Origin: Paramecium tetraurelia
Taxonomy: Eukaryota
Length of the DNA stretch: 64,000 nucleotides
Reading direction: 5' to 3'
Assembly (NCBI GenBank): GCA_000165425.1
Contig: CT868651.1
Span: 248,001-312,000 of the forward strand
The position numbers were made by a program, and so were the translations under genes. Of this stretch, positions 13,114 to 26,248 are shown one piece after another. How positions within the stretch are numbered: the first letter of the stretch is position 1; each line of letters begins with the position of its first letter. The notes beneath the pieces were generated by a model that searched no databases, had not been told where the DNA came from, and saw only the letters and a program-made list of their open reading frames with translations.

Positions 13114-16100
13114 TCATTCGATTAATTATATTTTATAATCATATTCATTGTTATACGCAGAATATTTTTCAGTGCCAGATATTACGACTCCACTATGATA
13201 GGCACCACAACCAATTGATTGTACTTTATATGCGAATAACTCTGTTGGTTTGGTCTGACTTTATTTGCATAATTCTCCAAATTTATTCAATCCCCAACCG
13301 TACACCTTCCCTTAAGATTAACATAGTGTATGATCCTACCCAATGGCTATGCTCTCAACCTTGTAATTAAGGATCTGCTGAATCCCTTTTTATTCTGCAT
13401 TGGTATCTATTCCCAATTGGCCATCATCATTACAACCACATCCATACAGATTCCCATCCTTCAGAAAGTATGATTACAAAGATCCTGCATATATTTAATC
13501 AACATCCTCAATTAAGAGTGTAGGTTATACAACACTTGTGATATCTAAAGACAAACCCAACTATCCCTACTCATTATAACCCCATCCATAAACTTATTTC
13601 TGACTATTCAAAATTATAGTATGAGCATCACCACATGCAACTGCTTACACATTTTCTACCTCAACCTTGGTTGGAATGGCTATTTCCATTCCTAATTCAA
13701 GTGGCAATCCCAATTAGCCTCCGTCTCCTCTTCCCCAAACGTATAATCTATCCTCAACTATGGCAGCATTGTGTAATCCACCGCATTTCATCTGTTTACA
13801 AGGACCTGGAATCATAACCTATTGAGGAATGTGAGTTGATATCACAGTGTTGTTTCCTAACAAACCTCCCTCTCCACATCCCCAAGAATAAACTCCTCCT
13901 TTTGAATTAACATAAACAGAATGGTCATGTCCACACTCTATTGAAATGCAATCAAATGAACTCTCAATTAGATGAGGATAATCAACATACTTGATTACAG
14001 ATTGCTTGCCACATTTGCCATCCTCATTGTTACCCCAACAATATACTTTACCCATATTGCTTATTGCCATTGTGTGTTTGTATCCACATGCCATTTTTAC
14101 AAACATCACATCACTCTTTAAAGAAATAGGAATTCTGTATTTCAATTAATACATCTATCCTAATTAATAATTCTAATTAAATCCCCATAGTATGATTTGT
14201 CCTGGCTGATAACAAAATTACGGCTCAAATGATTGAATATTTTCACCTTAGAGTTCGTTGAATCTTTTAAATAACCAATCATACAACATGAACCCTTTTA
14301 TTGAGGCTCTCAATACTTGAATTAAATCCTTGTTTTTGTAGTTATGGCATTGGATATTGTTGCAAGGCAATGGAATTTGGATGAATTGAGAAAAGAAATA
14401 TTGAATCACACTCAGATAATCAACATCTCCATTTTGAGAGGTAAAAACTGATAATCGATGCCAACAAAAAGCTTCAATTGGATATAAAATACTTCCTCTA
14501 TTTCTGAAGTCTCCAAAGCATTACCGAGATATTTTAATAGCAATTTCATAAAACCTTTGACTTTCTTAATTCCCCTGAAATTGACTCTCCAAATAATATC
14601 CTTTGAGTAGAGCATCAAACAATTGATATTAAATTAAATCATAGTTCTGTGTTTCCATCACGAAATCTGAATTTTAAATTTACATCAATAAATTTGCATC
14701 CTGTATAACACTCTGACAATCAATCTCCTTTAAATACTCAATCCATTATGATAAAACGAAAGAATTGGGGATGTAAAATTTAACATTCTTTAAGTTATAA
14801 AATATGCTCGGTAAATACAATTCATAAGATGTTTGTTGATTGTTCCTGGCCAACCAGTCATAGGCCTTTTCTCTCATTGACATTAGTGGTTCAGTCTTAG
14901 TTTAAAAGGATTCCACAAAATTATAGTTATTACAAAATGCTTTGGATGTGAAGTAATGAGAGTCGATGTTACCTATGAGTCGAATTTTATCTTTGATTTT
15001 AATTGAGAACTTTTCTTCTAAAAATTGCATCAAGATTCTGGCATTTGAGAGACTTACTTAGATGACATCTTTAACTATTTCAGATGAAAGCACATAATTT
15101 AATTCTTCCTATGATAATTGATATTTCAAATCCAAGCATTTTATTCTATCGAATGTAAAATACATGGTTCCACCTTTTGATATTCTTCTCAACTCCTCCT
15201 CTATATTTAAATCAGAATGCTACTTCTTCAAATAATTCACCAAAATAGCACATGCAAAGAAAGGTTTATTTCTATTATCGGAAAGACAAAAGCTTGACCA
15301 TAAATGGTACTGTTTCATGAATCTTCTTTTCATATGCTCCTTTAGTGCCTAATAACTAAGTAAGTATAAACCATCATTTAAATCATTCTTCAATTACATC
15401 AAATTTGGTTTTCTCTTACTTTTTTAGATCAGCAATTCACATATGTAATTACCATGGAAATAATTAGGAAGATGGCTATTCTGAACTTAATTGTCCAGTA
15501 TCTGATAAAAATTCATATTTCCCTATTAGATCTTGCTGTGTTTATTTAAATTGTAATCTTATAAGGAATCTATAAATCTTATGTTTTCATTCAATATTAT
15601 CATGCAATAGATTGCAACGTATTTACTTTCCGATCTTACCATGTTGATTAAGGATTTGCCATTGTATTCGACTACCTTAAATTATAGATATGTTTATTTA
15701 CTTGGCGTATAATACCATTGATATCCTCTTTAGTGTTATTATTATTTATAATTGGGCTCACCATATAATAATCATTCTTACTATATTCTATGCTGATATT
15801 TGGTAAGATATAATTTTAAAGCGAATAACATTAGCTTCTGAGTTCCTTAAAAACCCTTTTGAATTCTTTCGGATTTTCCAATTTCAATCTCTACACTTAT
15901 TTCGAGTTATCGGAATGCAAGTTCAAATTTACATCTGATGCCAAATCACTTTAATAGACATCCCTTGTTAATGATGGATCAAATTGATGCAAAGTGAAAA
16001 CTGGATGATCCAAATCAACCTCGATGTTAAAGAGATTTATTGGTTCTTCTTCCAAAGAAACTTACTACCTTTATTGATAGGTAAATTATTTTTAATTCTA

Positions 16101-16157
16101 ATAATTCTTCATGTAATCTTCTGATGTTTTTACATTATTCGCTATACATGTTCCCAT
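13114..16157 (-). CDS. RCC1-repeat protein with long uncharacterised N-terminal region (~1000 aa)
   Basis: About seven C-terminal RCC1 blades (ACGYKHT, VYCWGNNEDGKCG, CGHDHS, YVWGRGDGGQLG, CGDAHT, YGWGYNEQGQLG, CGAYHS); the frame is continuous from MGTC at 16157 with one 26-nt intron. Confidence 0.85.
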
Positions 16158-16919
16158 AACAAATAAATATTTTTAAATATGTTTTATATAAATTATATAA
16201 TTTCTGTCTCTTTTTATAAAACCATAAATCAAAAAGAGCAAGCATTTATTTTCAAACTATTTCAATCTCAATGGTAATTACATAAATTAACTTGTATTCA
16301 TCAGTAGTTAATCTTAATTATAATTAGTTTGCCCTACAAATAGAATAATAACTATATAATAACAATAATTTATTATATATAACCTCCAAGTATTTTACAT
16401 ATTTAACTGTTGAACCTATAAGAATATAATGAATCTAAGATTATGAAAACGAATATATCTTTAAAATTTTATTATTTATAATTTTATTTTAATTTGTTTG
16501 TCAGAAAATGAAACCATTCGATTTCAGATAAACTCTAAGAAAATTAAAATGCGATATACATCCTATTAAGTTATCAACCATGATATAATACGATTTTTAT
16601 TTTCATAAATAGTTTAATATATGTAAATCTCATAAAACCTTTTTAAAAATCATATTTTGTCTATTAATACAACTTCTCTTATCTAAAATTCTGTATTCTT
16701 CTTAAATTAATAAGTTTAATGTATTTAAAAAATTTCTTTGTGTTAACAACTCCATATTGTAAATTCTAATATTTATAATATATTTTTTGAATTGAATTAA
16801 TAAAAAATAATTAAATTTCGTCATTTATGTTCATTTATATCAAATATTCTACTCATTAATATGATTGTTCTTGATTATTGATTATTTTGAATAAACAAAG
16901 TTTATTTATTATTTAATAC

Positions 16920-18223
16920 ATGATAAAAAAGCTTTTGAGTATTCCAAAGTGGAAATTCTTTGCTGGGGCGTCATTTGCCTTACTTGGCTAACACATTTAT
17001 GATTGTTTATATAATACAGAAATTGAAGTCTTTTATTAGAACACAACTTGTAATAAAGACCTTCTATCGAAATGTCCAAACATTAGAGTAATGAAAATTA
17101 ACAACCATAGGGACATTTTAACCCAAGCATTTGGAGTATGAATAATATCTTTGGATTGTTCTATGTTACATTAGTTGAACATTAAATGGTGCCCTTACAA
17201 AAAAGAGAAATGGTGACTCTTAAAGATGGAGGTCAAGTGGCATTGGATTGGAAAATCAATGATCCCAAAAATGTCGTGTTGGTTTTACATGGGTTGACAG
17301 GTGGCGGAGATTGCAATTATATCAAAGATACATTAGAGAGACTCTACAATGCTGGTTATACAGCGGTCTGCTTCAACAATCGAGGAGTAGGATTCACAAA
17401 TTTATCTGTATTATTTAAACTATGAAGACACCTTAATATCATAATCACGGAGACCCATCTGACATGATGGAAATTATTGATTTGATAAAGCAGAGATATC
17501 CCGAAGCAACATTATAGTGTGTAGCAATATCAATTGGTGCTAATTTAGCAGCCAAATATGCTGGAATCACAAAAGAGAAATGTGCCTTCAAGTCCATTGT
17601 TTGCATTGCCAACCCATTTGATTTATTGGTGTATTCTAGTCCACTATATATTTAGGCCTGTTTTGAAAATTTGGACAGATGGTACAACTATTTATATATC
17701 TATTATCTCACTAAGCATTTCAAATGGGTTGCTCAATAAACATTTAGATGTGATGAATGCATGCTTTGATGAACACAATATTGACATTAAAAAAGTATTA
17801 GAAGCTAAAACTCCTTACGAATTTGATCATTATTTTACAAGACAATTGTAAAAATTTGAATCAGTCGAACAAATGTATCGGGTATTGCTCTATCTTAAAC
17901 CAAGGCTAATTCTTCAATTAACTACATCAAAGACATTACAGTTCCCACTTTGTTTATTAATACTAAAAATGATCCTTTAATACCTTGGAAATTTGTACCA
18001 ATTCAATTACACAGACACATGCCAAATTTGATATTTGCTTTAACTCAAAAGGGAGGCCACATAGAATGGTATAGTGAAACTAACTTAGTTACTGTTAAAA
18101 GAGTAAGAAGAATTATTAATAATATAATAGTGGATTATGGATCCCACTTTAGACTACTTAAATTATTTCAGAGACCTACCAATTGATAAATGGTAGTAGT
18201 ATTTACAACAACCGAAAATTTGA
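16920..18223 (+). CDS. ABHD1/2/3 (YheT-like) alpha/beta hydrolase
   Basis: DGGQVALDW, LHGLTGG, FNNRG, AISIGAN nucleophile, NTKNDPLIP and GGHIEW; several 20-28 nt introns. Confidence 0.9.
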
Positions 18224-18266
18224 TGATGTGAATAAATTTATAAGTTATATATAATTAATTATACAA

Positions 18267-18941
18267 TCAATTTAACTAATCATTGAATTTTTATTGAATT
18301 TAGCATCTCCTTCCCTTTTGTTGCTCTACATATTAGTTGAAATCCAAAGTATTGTTGAACTCAATCTAAGTTGTATTGAATCTTGATGCCTTATGAGACT
18401 CTGTTCTAATATCAACAAGCTAGGCATTCCTTTTTTTTCTTAGTTAATTAAGCTCTAATGATTCGTGAACATTCATTGAAAATATACGATGATGAGCTAC
18501 AAATTCAATTATAATAATCATACTTTTTGGTTTCCTTCTCCATTTTGGTTAGATTGACTAACTCTTCTCCTCAGAAGACAGTATTCTACCACCAACTATT
18601 TTCAATAACTAATCTTCAAATGTTAATTAAGAATCAACTTTAGAATGTTATATGGAATGATAATTGGCTACATTCAAAGGATCTTGTTTCTACTAAAAGT
18701 TAACTGATCGATTTTATCTAGCCCTCATTAATTTTTATTCTAATTTGATTCTCTCCCTTGGTTTTGCATATGCTGATAATTGTGGACTTGCAAGTGGTAT
18801 ATAAGTATTTTTTGCTGATGGCACTATTTTATTAACAGATACATATCTAAACTATTGCTTTGGCTCCCTTTTTTATCTTGATTCATCATCAATGTTTGAA
18901 CTTACTTTAGGAATGAAATAGTGAAAACTTTTATCAAACAT
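18267..18941 (-). CDS. Hypothetical basic protein
   Basis: ATG-to-TGA code-6 ORF (MFDKSFHYFIPKV...) with one 27-nt GTATG...TAG intron; no recognisable domain. Confidence 0.6.
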
Positions 18942-19209
18942 AATAATAAATTATTTATATCAAATCTCTTTAAAGTTTCAAAGAGGAGTTCATAAATCCT
19001 GAGATACAATACTTGTTCTTCGTCATTATTTATAATTTATAATATTTAATAATTTGAAAATATATTTTAGAAAACTACTTAATTTATGTATCAATATCTT
19101 TTTTTGTAATAGAATGAATAAGTTATCATAGCCATTATTGCTAGGTTCCAATAGAATTAGTTTAGGAGTACAAAATGAGAATCATAGTTTAATCACATAA
19201 AATAAAAAT

Positions 19210-19215
19210 AAAAAA
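19210..19215 (-). terminator. RNA polymerase III oligo-dT terminator of the tRNA
   Basis: A T6 run 2 nt downstream of the tRNA discriminator base on the minus strand. Confidence 0.75.
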
Positions 19216-19217
19216 GT

Positions 19218-19289
19218 TGCGTCTATCGGGACTCGAACCCGACCTAAATGCTTGGAAGGCATTCGTACGAACCTCTATACTATAGACGC
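19218..19289 (-). tRNA. trnG-UCC: tRNA-Gly (anticodon TCC)
   Basis: GCGTCTA/TAGACGC acceptor stem, AATGC-CTTCCAA-GCATT anticodon arm, GGTTCGAGTCC T-arm; 72 nt, no intron. Confidence 0.97.
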
Positions 19290-20056
19290 TAGCTTATACA
19301 AATATTTATCCTTTTGTATTTAAACTAGAGGAAAGAAACTAATAATATGGAGGACAGGTTTATAATATAAATAAATGATCGATTGTTGACCTAGGTCTAT
19401 ATATCTTAATATAAAAACGAAAAATATTCTAACCTTATGTTATAAATGTTTATCTAAAATTCATAAGTCCTTTGCTATAAGTATGAATAGATAACAAAAA
19501 ATACGGTTATCCAGATCTCAAAAATAGGCCTTTTATTGATTCTAGTTAACAGCAGTAAGTTTGACTGAGGCTTTATCTTGATATGAAACTATCTCTTTGA
19601 TTTCATTTTAACAATCAAATATCTTTACAGTTATCATTAGGGAAGAAGTAATCATGATAGAAATTCACAAGGATAATAAAATTTCTACTTAAATGATGGT
19701 ATGTTATCAGATCATAGAATAAAATATGATTGAAATAGGTGTGTAGAAAAAGGATAGGGATTACTCGTAGTTATAGGGTATATTTGGATTGGTACGAGCA
19801 TTCATATTTAAACTTTGCGATAAATTTTGAATAGATATTGAGTATCATCATTTTTGATTTATGGGAATTGGGTTGAGAATTATTTTGGTTTTTAATTTTT
19901 CCTATGATAAACAAATTAATTAGCCTTAAGGTAGTTTTCTTTGATGGGAAGTGAAACCTAAAAATATTATTGCATTTGTTAATGACAACTTATTATTGAA
20001 ATAGTTATATTATAATTTAAATTAAAATAGATAGCTTTTTATAATTGCTCAATAGT

Positions 20057-21975
20057 TCATAGGGTGTATCTCTTGTTAAGATAATCTATTAAGAAGGATT
20101 CCACTTTTTAATTACTAAATGTCTCCGATATGCTTGAATAAGTTTCTTCAAATGACTCTTTCTATACTTTGAGTCTTTCAAAAAAGTATAAAGATCTAAA
20201 GTTCAATTAATATTATTACTATAAATATTCCAAATAATATTGTTTGTCAGGTGAATATTGGAACAAACCTTCAGTCTATAAAATTTGCTTCAATTTTTGT
20301 AGGTAACTATTAAAATCTGGATTTATTGGCAAAACAGGATAAATTAAATGTAATTAGTATCGCTCCAATTCCTGAGATATTACTTAATGATATCTTTCTT
20401 GTTTCTCTATTTCCTATTGAACATTGGCAAGTGTGTAAAGCATTTGTTAATTAGGATTAAATTAATTTTAACTTTTTAATTTCAAAGCCTTTGCATGTTC
20501 AAAGAAACATTGTGAATAGTAATGAAGGTACAATTTCAATCCAAGCCATTCTTATTTAAACTATATTTATATGTTTCTAAGATATTCTATTATTATTACA
20601 CAAATCTTCCTAAAGAATGTAATGCTTAGTCAATAACAACTCCTATTTGATATAGTTAATCAGATTGAGCTTGCACCTATTAAAATAGAAATGGTTAGCC
20701 GATGTCGGGGACTGATGCATTTGCTATATTGAAAGTTAAAGGCTAAGGTGGCGCTGCTGTTTAAAATCTTGAGGGAGTAGTAAACTTCCCTTATTAGATT
20801 TATGGAGGGATTACGTAATTTGGATTCATGGGTTGCTGAGCCATTTATGGAAATTAAACAGGAGCTTTAAATGTCTGTATTTGTTTGAGAGTTTCTGGAG
20901 GAACTTATTATTATTCGTTGGCTGGACTCTAAGCTGGTTTCTATAACTCTTAAACTGATTCATCATCATCCAAATTTGGAGGAATTTCTAGTATTATTCT
21001 GTATCTTAATTTAATATTGATACTTTGATTAATCTACTACAGCATTTCCGTCTGATATGAGGGGATGATTAAGTAGTTCTTACCAACTGATTCTGTCTTC
21101 CTCTTTATATTTGAGCATGCTTTCAATTAAAGTAGCAAAATCTTAAGTCATCTTAGAATATTAATTATTATTACTCCTGGATGATCTCTATTAACTACAA
21201 CTGGGACCTATTGTAGATTTCTCAAAGCCCTTCTAAGTTAACTTTAACTCTGAGCAACATAAGGTAATCCACCAAAAATTAATTCATAAATAATGATGCC
21301 TATCTGATTAATTATAGATTTTAAATGTTACTGAGAAAATATCGGCTGAATTTGTGAAGAAATTCTCCAGATACACTTAAGGAGCACTATATTTTGGTGA
21401 TCCCACTCTTGTCATTTATGTGTTTGCTTCAATGACTCTAGCCAATCCTAAGTCGGCGATCTACAGTGTAATGGTCTAATTTTACTTTATAAACCCCGTC
21501 TAAGACTAATATATTTGCAGGTTTAAGATCTCTATGTATAATGTTATGGGAATAGAGCCCTTTATAACCAGTTAAAATTTGTTTTAGTATGTTGAGAGCT
21601 TCTGTAGGACGAAAATTCTGTTCCACTTGACTCTTCTTCCTATTAATTATTGATTGGAGATCGCATTCACATTTTTCCAGTATGAGTACCGTCCTCTCAT
21701 CATTGAAATCAACATGCTCCACTCTGACAATGTTTTTGTTTCCCCTTGCCGATAACATAATCATTTTCATCAATTCAATTTCCCTTATGGCTTTTGGATT
21801 ATTACAACCTTCATTTACAATCTTTAATTTTAATTTGTATTACCTTTGCGCACAATTTCAGTTCTGGTTAATGTACATCTTAGCATGAGTAAACAACCCC
21901 AAACTAACCTCTCCCGATTTCAGAGTTTGTATTTATAACATAAGATTTTATTCTTATCATATTGTCTTCTGGCAT
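20057..21975 (-). CDS. Ser/Thr protein kinase (ULK/ATG1-like ciliate type) with Q/P-rich linker and helical C-terminus
   Basis: GRGQFG, LCAK, HRDLKPANIL, IADLGLA, GSPKYSAPQ, ADIFS-IG; seven short introns restore one frame to the TGA at 20057-20059. Confidence 0.85.
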
Positions 21976-22089
21976 TATTGCTTGTGTTGTATTTATTTTG
22001 TTAATAGAAATAGAATGTTTGACATTTTTGGTTTATATAATGCGATATTCTATTAAAATCCATATTTTACAAGACTTTTATGTAATAGA

Positions 22090-22770
22090 TTTTTGCTAAT
22101 ATTGAACATTCTCTCTGTTTATTGCAATTATGGGAGTGTTTGGATCAACTGGCTGCAAAAGACATCAATTTGAGACTTGTCCGATTGGAAATTAATAGGT
22201 CAGTATCATTTAAAAATTCTAATTATAAAAATTCTCCAGGTAGATCTTCACCCAAAAAAACACAATAGGCTTCATCAATCATTTCTTTGGACATTTCTCA
22301 CATCTATTGATGTCCCCCTTTTTATGTGGCTCATGAAATCCTTAATTAAGACTTCCACTTTGCGCTTAATGCATCGAGTAGTCCTCATAAGATCGTATGT
22401 TTAGATGACTTTGTATAGTGAGACTCTTGCATCTAAGTCTAAGTAAAACATTTGAGTAATTGTCCTCTTGAATCCAAAAACTTTCAGAATTTATCTATAT
22501 AGTTGGCTTAGCATCAAAAAGTAGGAAGAATTCTTTTCCTACACAATAGAAAGTCTCAGAATTGTTTTTAAATATTTGAATTCCAAGCAGGCTGTCTGGA
22601 CTAGGGAAGTTATATTTTTATATTTATGAATATAATCCTGATCCAGGAGTTCTGAAATCTGGGATTCCAGCAGCTAACTCATTCCAACTCCAGCCAATAC
22701 ACAGATTTTCAAAATATCCTATTTTTAATCCATCAACTCATTTAGCATAGTTGAACTCATCCTCATTCTT
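22090..22770 (-). pseudogene. Sir2/SIRT2-class sirtuin pseudogene
   Basis: Remnants LAGVGMS/AAGIPDFRTPGSGLYS, LLKCFTQ, RCEKC, KP-IVFF/GEDLP and PIIAINRE lie in different frames. There is an in-frame TGA at 22279-22281, and the NIDG and catalytic HG motifs are lost. Confidence 0.85.
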
Positions 22771-22896
22771 AACCTTAAGATTAGAAAGCTGCTCAAATAA
22801 TTGCTTAATTATAATCAAAATATAGTGTAGAATAATAATAAAATATTAAGTAAATAATACTAAACTAAAGATTTTATAAATTGAATATACACTCGA

Positions 22897-24453
22897 TCAT
22901 TTCGTTTCAATTATTTCTTCTTCTTCAAATTCTTCCCCATCCTCTGTTCGGTTGTTTACATAATTCATTAATTTCTTTTGATCGCTTGAATTCAATGAAA
23001 CTAAGAATAGGAATATGAGTCTTTACCTATGCGATTACGATCTTCAATGTATAAATAGATGGCTATGATTAAGGAAACACAAGCAAGTATTAAAAAGAAT
23101 AGGACTACTGATACTTGTGAGGAGGCTTCAGCTGAAATAAAGGCGATGAATAATGGCATCACAAAGAAAGCAAAGTTTTGAACAGAGTTCATTACACCGA
23201 ATGCTGTGCCCCTTTGTATAATCAAATTTTACTAGTTATTTCTATTTCACAACGAATGCAATGCTTGTCCATATTGTACTAGCAAAGAGAGCATAGGCTA
23301 ATCCCAAAGTGAGCATGCAAAATATGGGATAAAACAAGAGCATCAACAACAAACCCAAGAAAACTAAGGCACATCCAATTGCAAGAAACTTAATTCTTTG
23401 ACCGACCTTGTCTATCATCAACCCAACAAAAGGACTTAGGAAAGTACAACACAAATAGGGAATGCCCATTAATTCACCAGCCACTTCTTGATTCTATTCT
23501 ATAGGTGCATCTGCAGACAACCATAAATTAATTATGATGCCACTTGAAAAGGATATAAAAATTAAGACTGAAGTATAAAAAGTGGTCATAATCAAAGTCA
23601 GGATCCAAAAGATCTAAAAATATGTTGATTTTGTATTTTACTTTAGGAAAGGTTCCAATATCTTCCATTATCTATTTTACAAGTTCTCCAAAGTCCAACA
23701 CTTACATACTATTATCCAATAAGCCTTCTGTTTTCTGCAGATTTCGTTTCTATAGGATTTCCGAATAAGAATCAATGAAATTCATAACCAAAAGAGCAGC
23801 TCCAGAAATCAGAGTAATTCCAAATCCCACTCCGAATGCTGTAGTCATACCTGATTTTTCAGCGATCCTTGGAGAGATATATGTACCCAAGACTGTGGCA
23901 CTTCTTATCAGACTCAAATTAAGTGCCTATCCTTAAGTCGATTACTTACATTAGCAAAGGACAGCTCTTTGCCCACAAACCATTTATTAATAATAATAGA
24001 ACTTGCCACACAAAGGGATTCTCCACCCAATCCGAACATAAATCTACCCAAAATCATATATTTAAGGTTTGCTACCGAACTTCCAAAATACAAAAATCCC
24101 TGACCCAGAATAACAAAGAACATGAATATTAGTGACATCTTTCTATAGCCTAAATTTGCATAGATCCTAAGTTTACCAAAGACATCGCTCATGAACCCTC
24201 CTACTAATGGCAATATTATGTTGGGGATGGAATAGAACGAATACATGAAACTGAAATAGAAATTTGTCAAGTGTTCGCCGTATATTGGGCTGTAGGTTTG
24301 CACTATTTGTTCCTTCAACAACGCAGGTTAGTCAAATATAAACATATTTCCATACTATGGTATTCACATGTTATTTACTAGAGCTATGCAGGCTAGCAAT
24401 AGGATGATGTATCTGAGAAAGCCTGGACTTTGTTGGTCTTATCCTTTTTTCAT
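22897..24453 (-). CDS. MFSD1: MFSD1-like major facilitator superfamily transporter
   Basis: FDQPALL, YSFYSIPNIILPLVGG, GRFMFGLGGESL, WFVGKELSFA, GTAFGVMNSVQN; multiple hydrophobic segments and several short introns. Confidence 0.88.
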
Positions 24454-24524
24454 TTTAATAATAAAAACGAATAAATCAGAATCGATCAAAATACAATTTG
24501 CAAATAAATAAATTCTCAATAACA

Positions 24525-26222
24525 ATGCAAAACAATTAGAGCGAAATAAAAAACTATTAGCAAGAGAAGGAAGAAAGGTTTCAATAAAGTTTATTCAAAG
24601 ATCAAATCTAAAATATTGATTCCACTATTTAAGAGGCATCAAACAATCCTGATTTTGTTAAAGTTATTGTTATTTGCACTTTCACCAATGAAGTAACTAT
24701 CAACCTTCAATTTAATAATAGACAATAGCAACCAAGGAGAAAATAATATGTTCTGACAATGATGTTTAGAATGTTGAGAAGGATGACGTAGTTGGTAAAG
24801 AATCAAAATAACAAAAATAGAGTAATAGGACCTTTCTGATTGTGTGAAAATAGAAATTGTGATCTACATAGAAAGGACATTTATTGAATGTTCTAAATTA
24901 TTGAAGTCCAATTACATTGAAAAACTAGACGTGATTAAAGTAAAATGGAATCCCTAAATAATTTAGTTGCCCATCTGCTCAGCCAATGGAATACGCATTC
25001 CAAATGAATACGATATCAAATAGTTTTTCAAGTTGTCCAAAATCAAAAATAACAATGAGGAATTCACCAAGTAAATCCATTCTATGGACACTAAACATTT
25101 ATTTGGTTTGCTCATAAGCAGTCTTGTATTCTAAGTATTTTGACTTCTATTATCTTGAGGATGCGCAAATAGAAGAAGCCATTTTTGAATTGTTCTTTTA
25201 AAACATCAACTTGGAAAATGCAATCAAATTGTTGCTCATCACAGTGTAATATGAATCCAAAAAATAACATTACTTCTATAAGTATCATCACTCTTCAATA
25301 TATAGACTCATTAAGCATTTGTATTATTTTAGCAAAGGCTTGTTGAAAGAAACTTATGATAATCATTTGCAGAAGATTGTTTAAAATGGAATGAAACCAA
25401 AGCAATTGTAAATTGAGAAACCCAATTTTATCAAATTAATAACTCAACTGCACATATTTAAAATTAACTCAACAATCCTATACCCCCTTTTCAAATAACA
25501 GGAATCACATCTATTCTAATACTACAAGCCAGTTAGAGAGAGGAAATCTTTCACTGTGTATAGAAATTTGGATTGTCCAGAAGGCAGAGAACAATCAGAT
25601 TTTCCCCATCTTTATTATCTGAAAAATAAGGAGAACCAAACAGTCTTAGTAGCAGTACAGTATGAGATACAAGGAGATATCCTTATTTTCTAAGAATATT
25701 AAGAGAAATTCATAAAATACAATGATAATTATTTAGGACTGATTGAGTTTAAGAATCAAGGCAGAGAATTCATTGTTTATGATGACGGCTATCCTGAATA
25801 TATGGAAAACAACTTTCCTTAATGGATTGGAAGGAAGAAGAGAAGAATGCTTGTGTTGGATTACTTTTCAGAAAAAAGATATGACAAACCCAGACTGTTT
25901 GATGTGAAGTGTTTCAATGTAAATACTAATCAATATGATGGTAATACTATTAGTTTATTTAGAAATCATTACTAAAGAACCTCATTATGATGAATCCAAA
26001 GGTTCCTATTCTTTGTAATTGGGTGAGATCGCTTTGATTCCATCAACCAGAAATTTTATATTGCAAAAGAAGGGAGAAAACAATGCAGAATAATAAGTCT
26101 ATCTTTGTCATGGCAAACAAAATAGACACACCTTTCACTTGGAGTTGCATGAAGGAATTAGTGTGTTCTAGGGTTTCTGCATTTCTGTTGTATCAATTTG
26201 TTCTAAAGGTTCTTGTGAATGA
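24525..26222 (+). CDS. Divergent Tubby C-terminal-domain protein with possible BTB/BACK-like middle region
   Basis: The C-terminus KEPHYDESKGSYSL...PSTRNF...HGK...QGFCISVVSICSKGSCE aligns by eye with the Tubby consensus (KxPxW...SYVLNF...ASVKNF...QAFAIALSSFDSKLACE); five introns. Confidence 0.78.
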
Positions 26223-26248
26223 ATGCATAATATTTTATATTTAATCAT

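Noticed and set aside
21445..21460. DLG instead of DFG suggesting a pseudokinase
   Set aside because: The catalytic Lys, HRD and the Mg-binding Asp are intact, and DLG occurs in active kinases.
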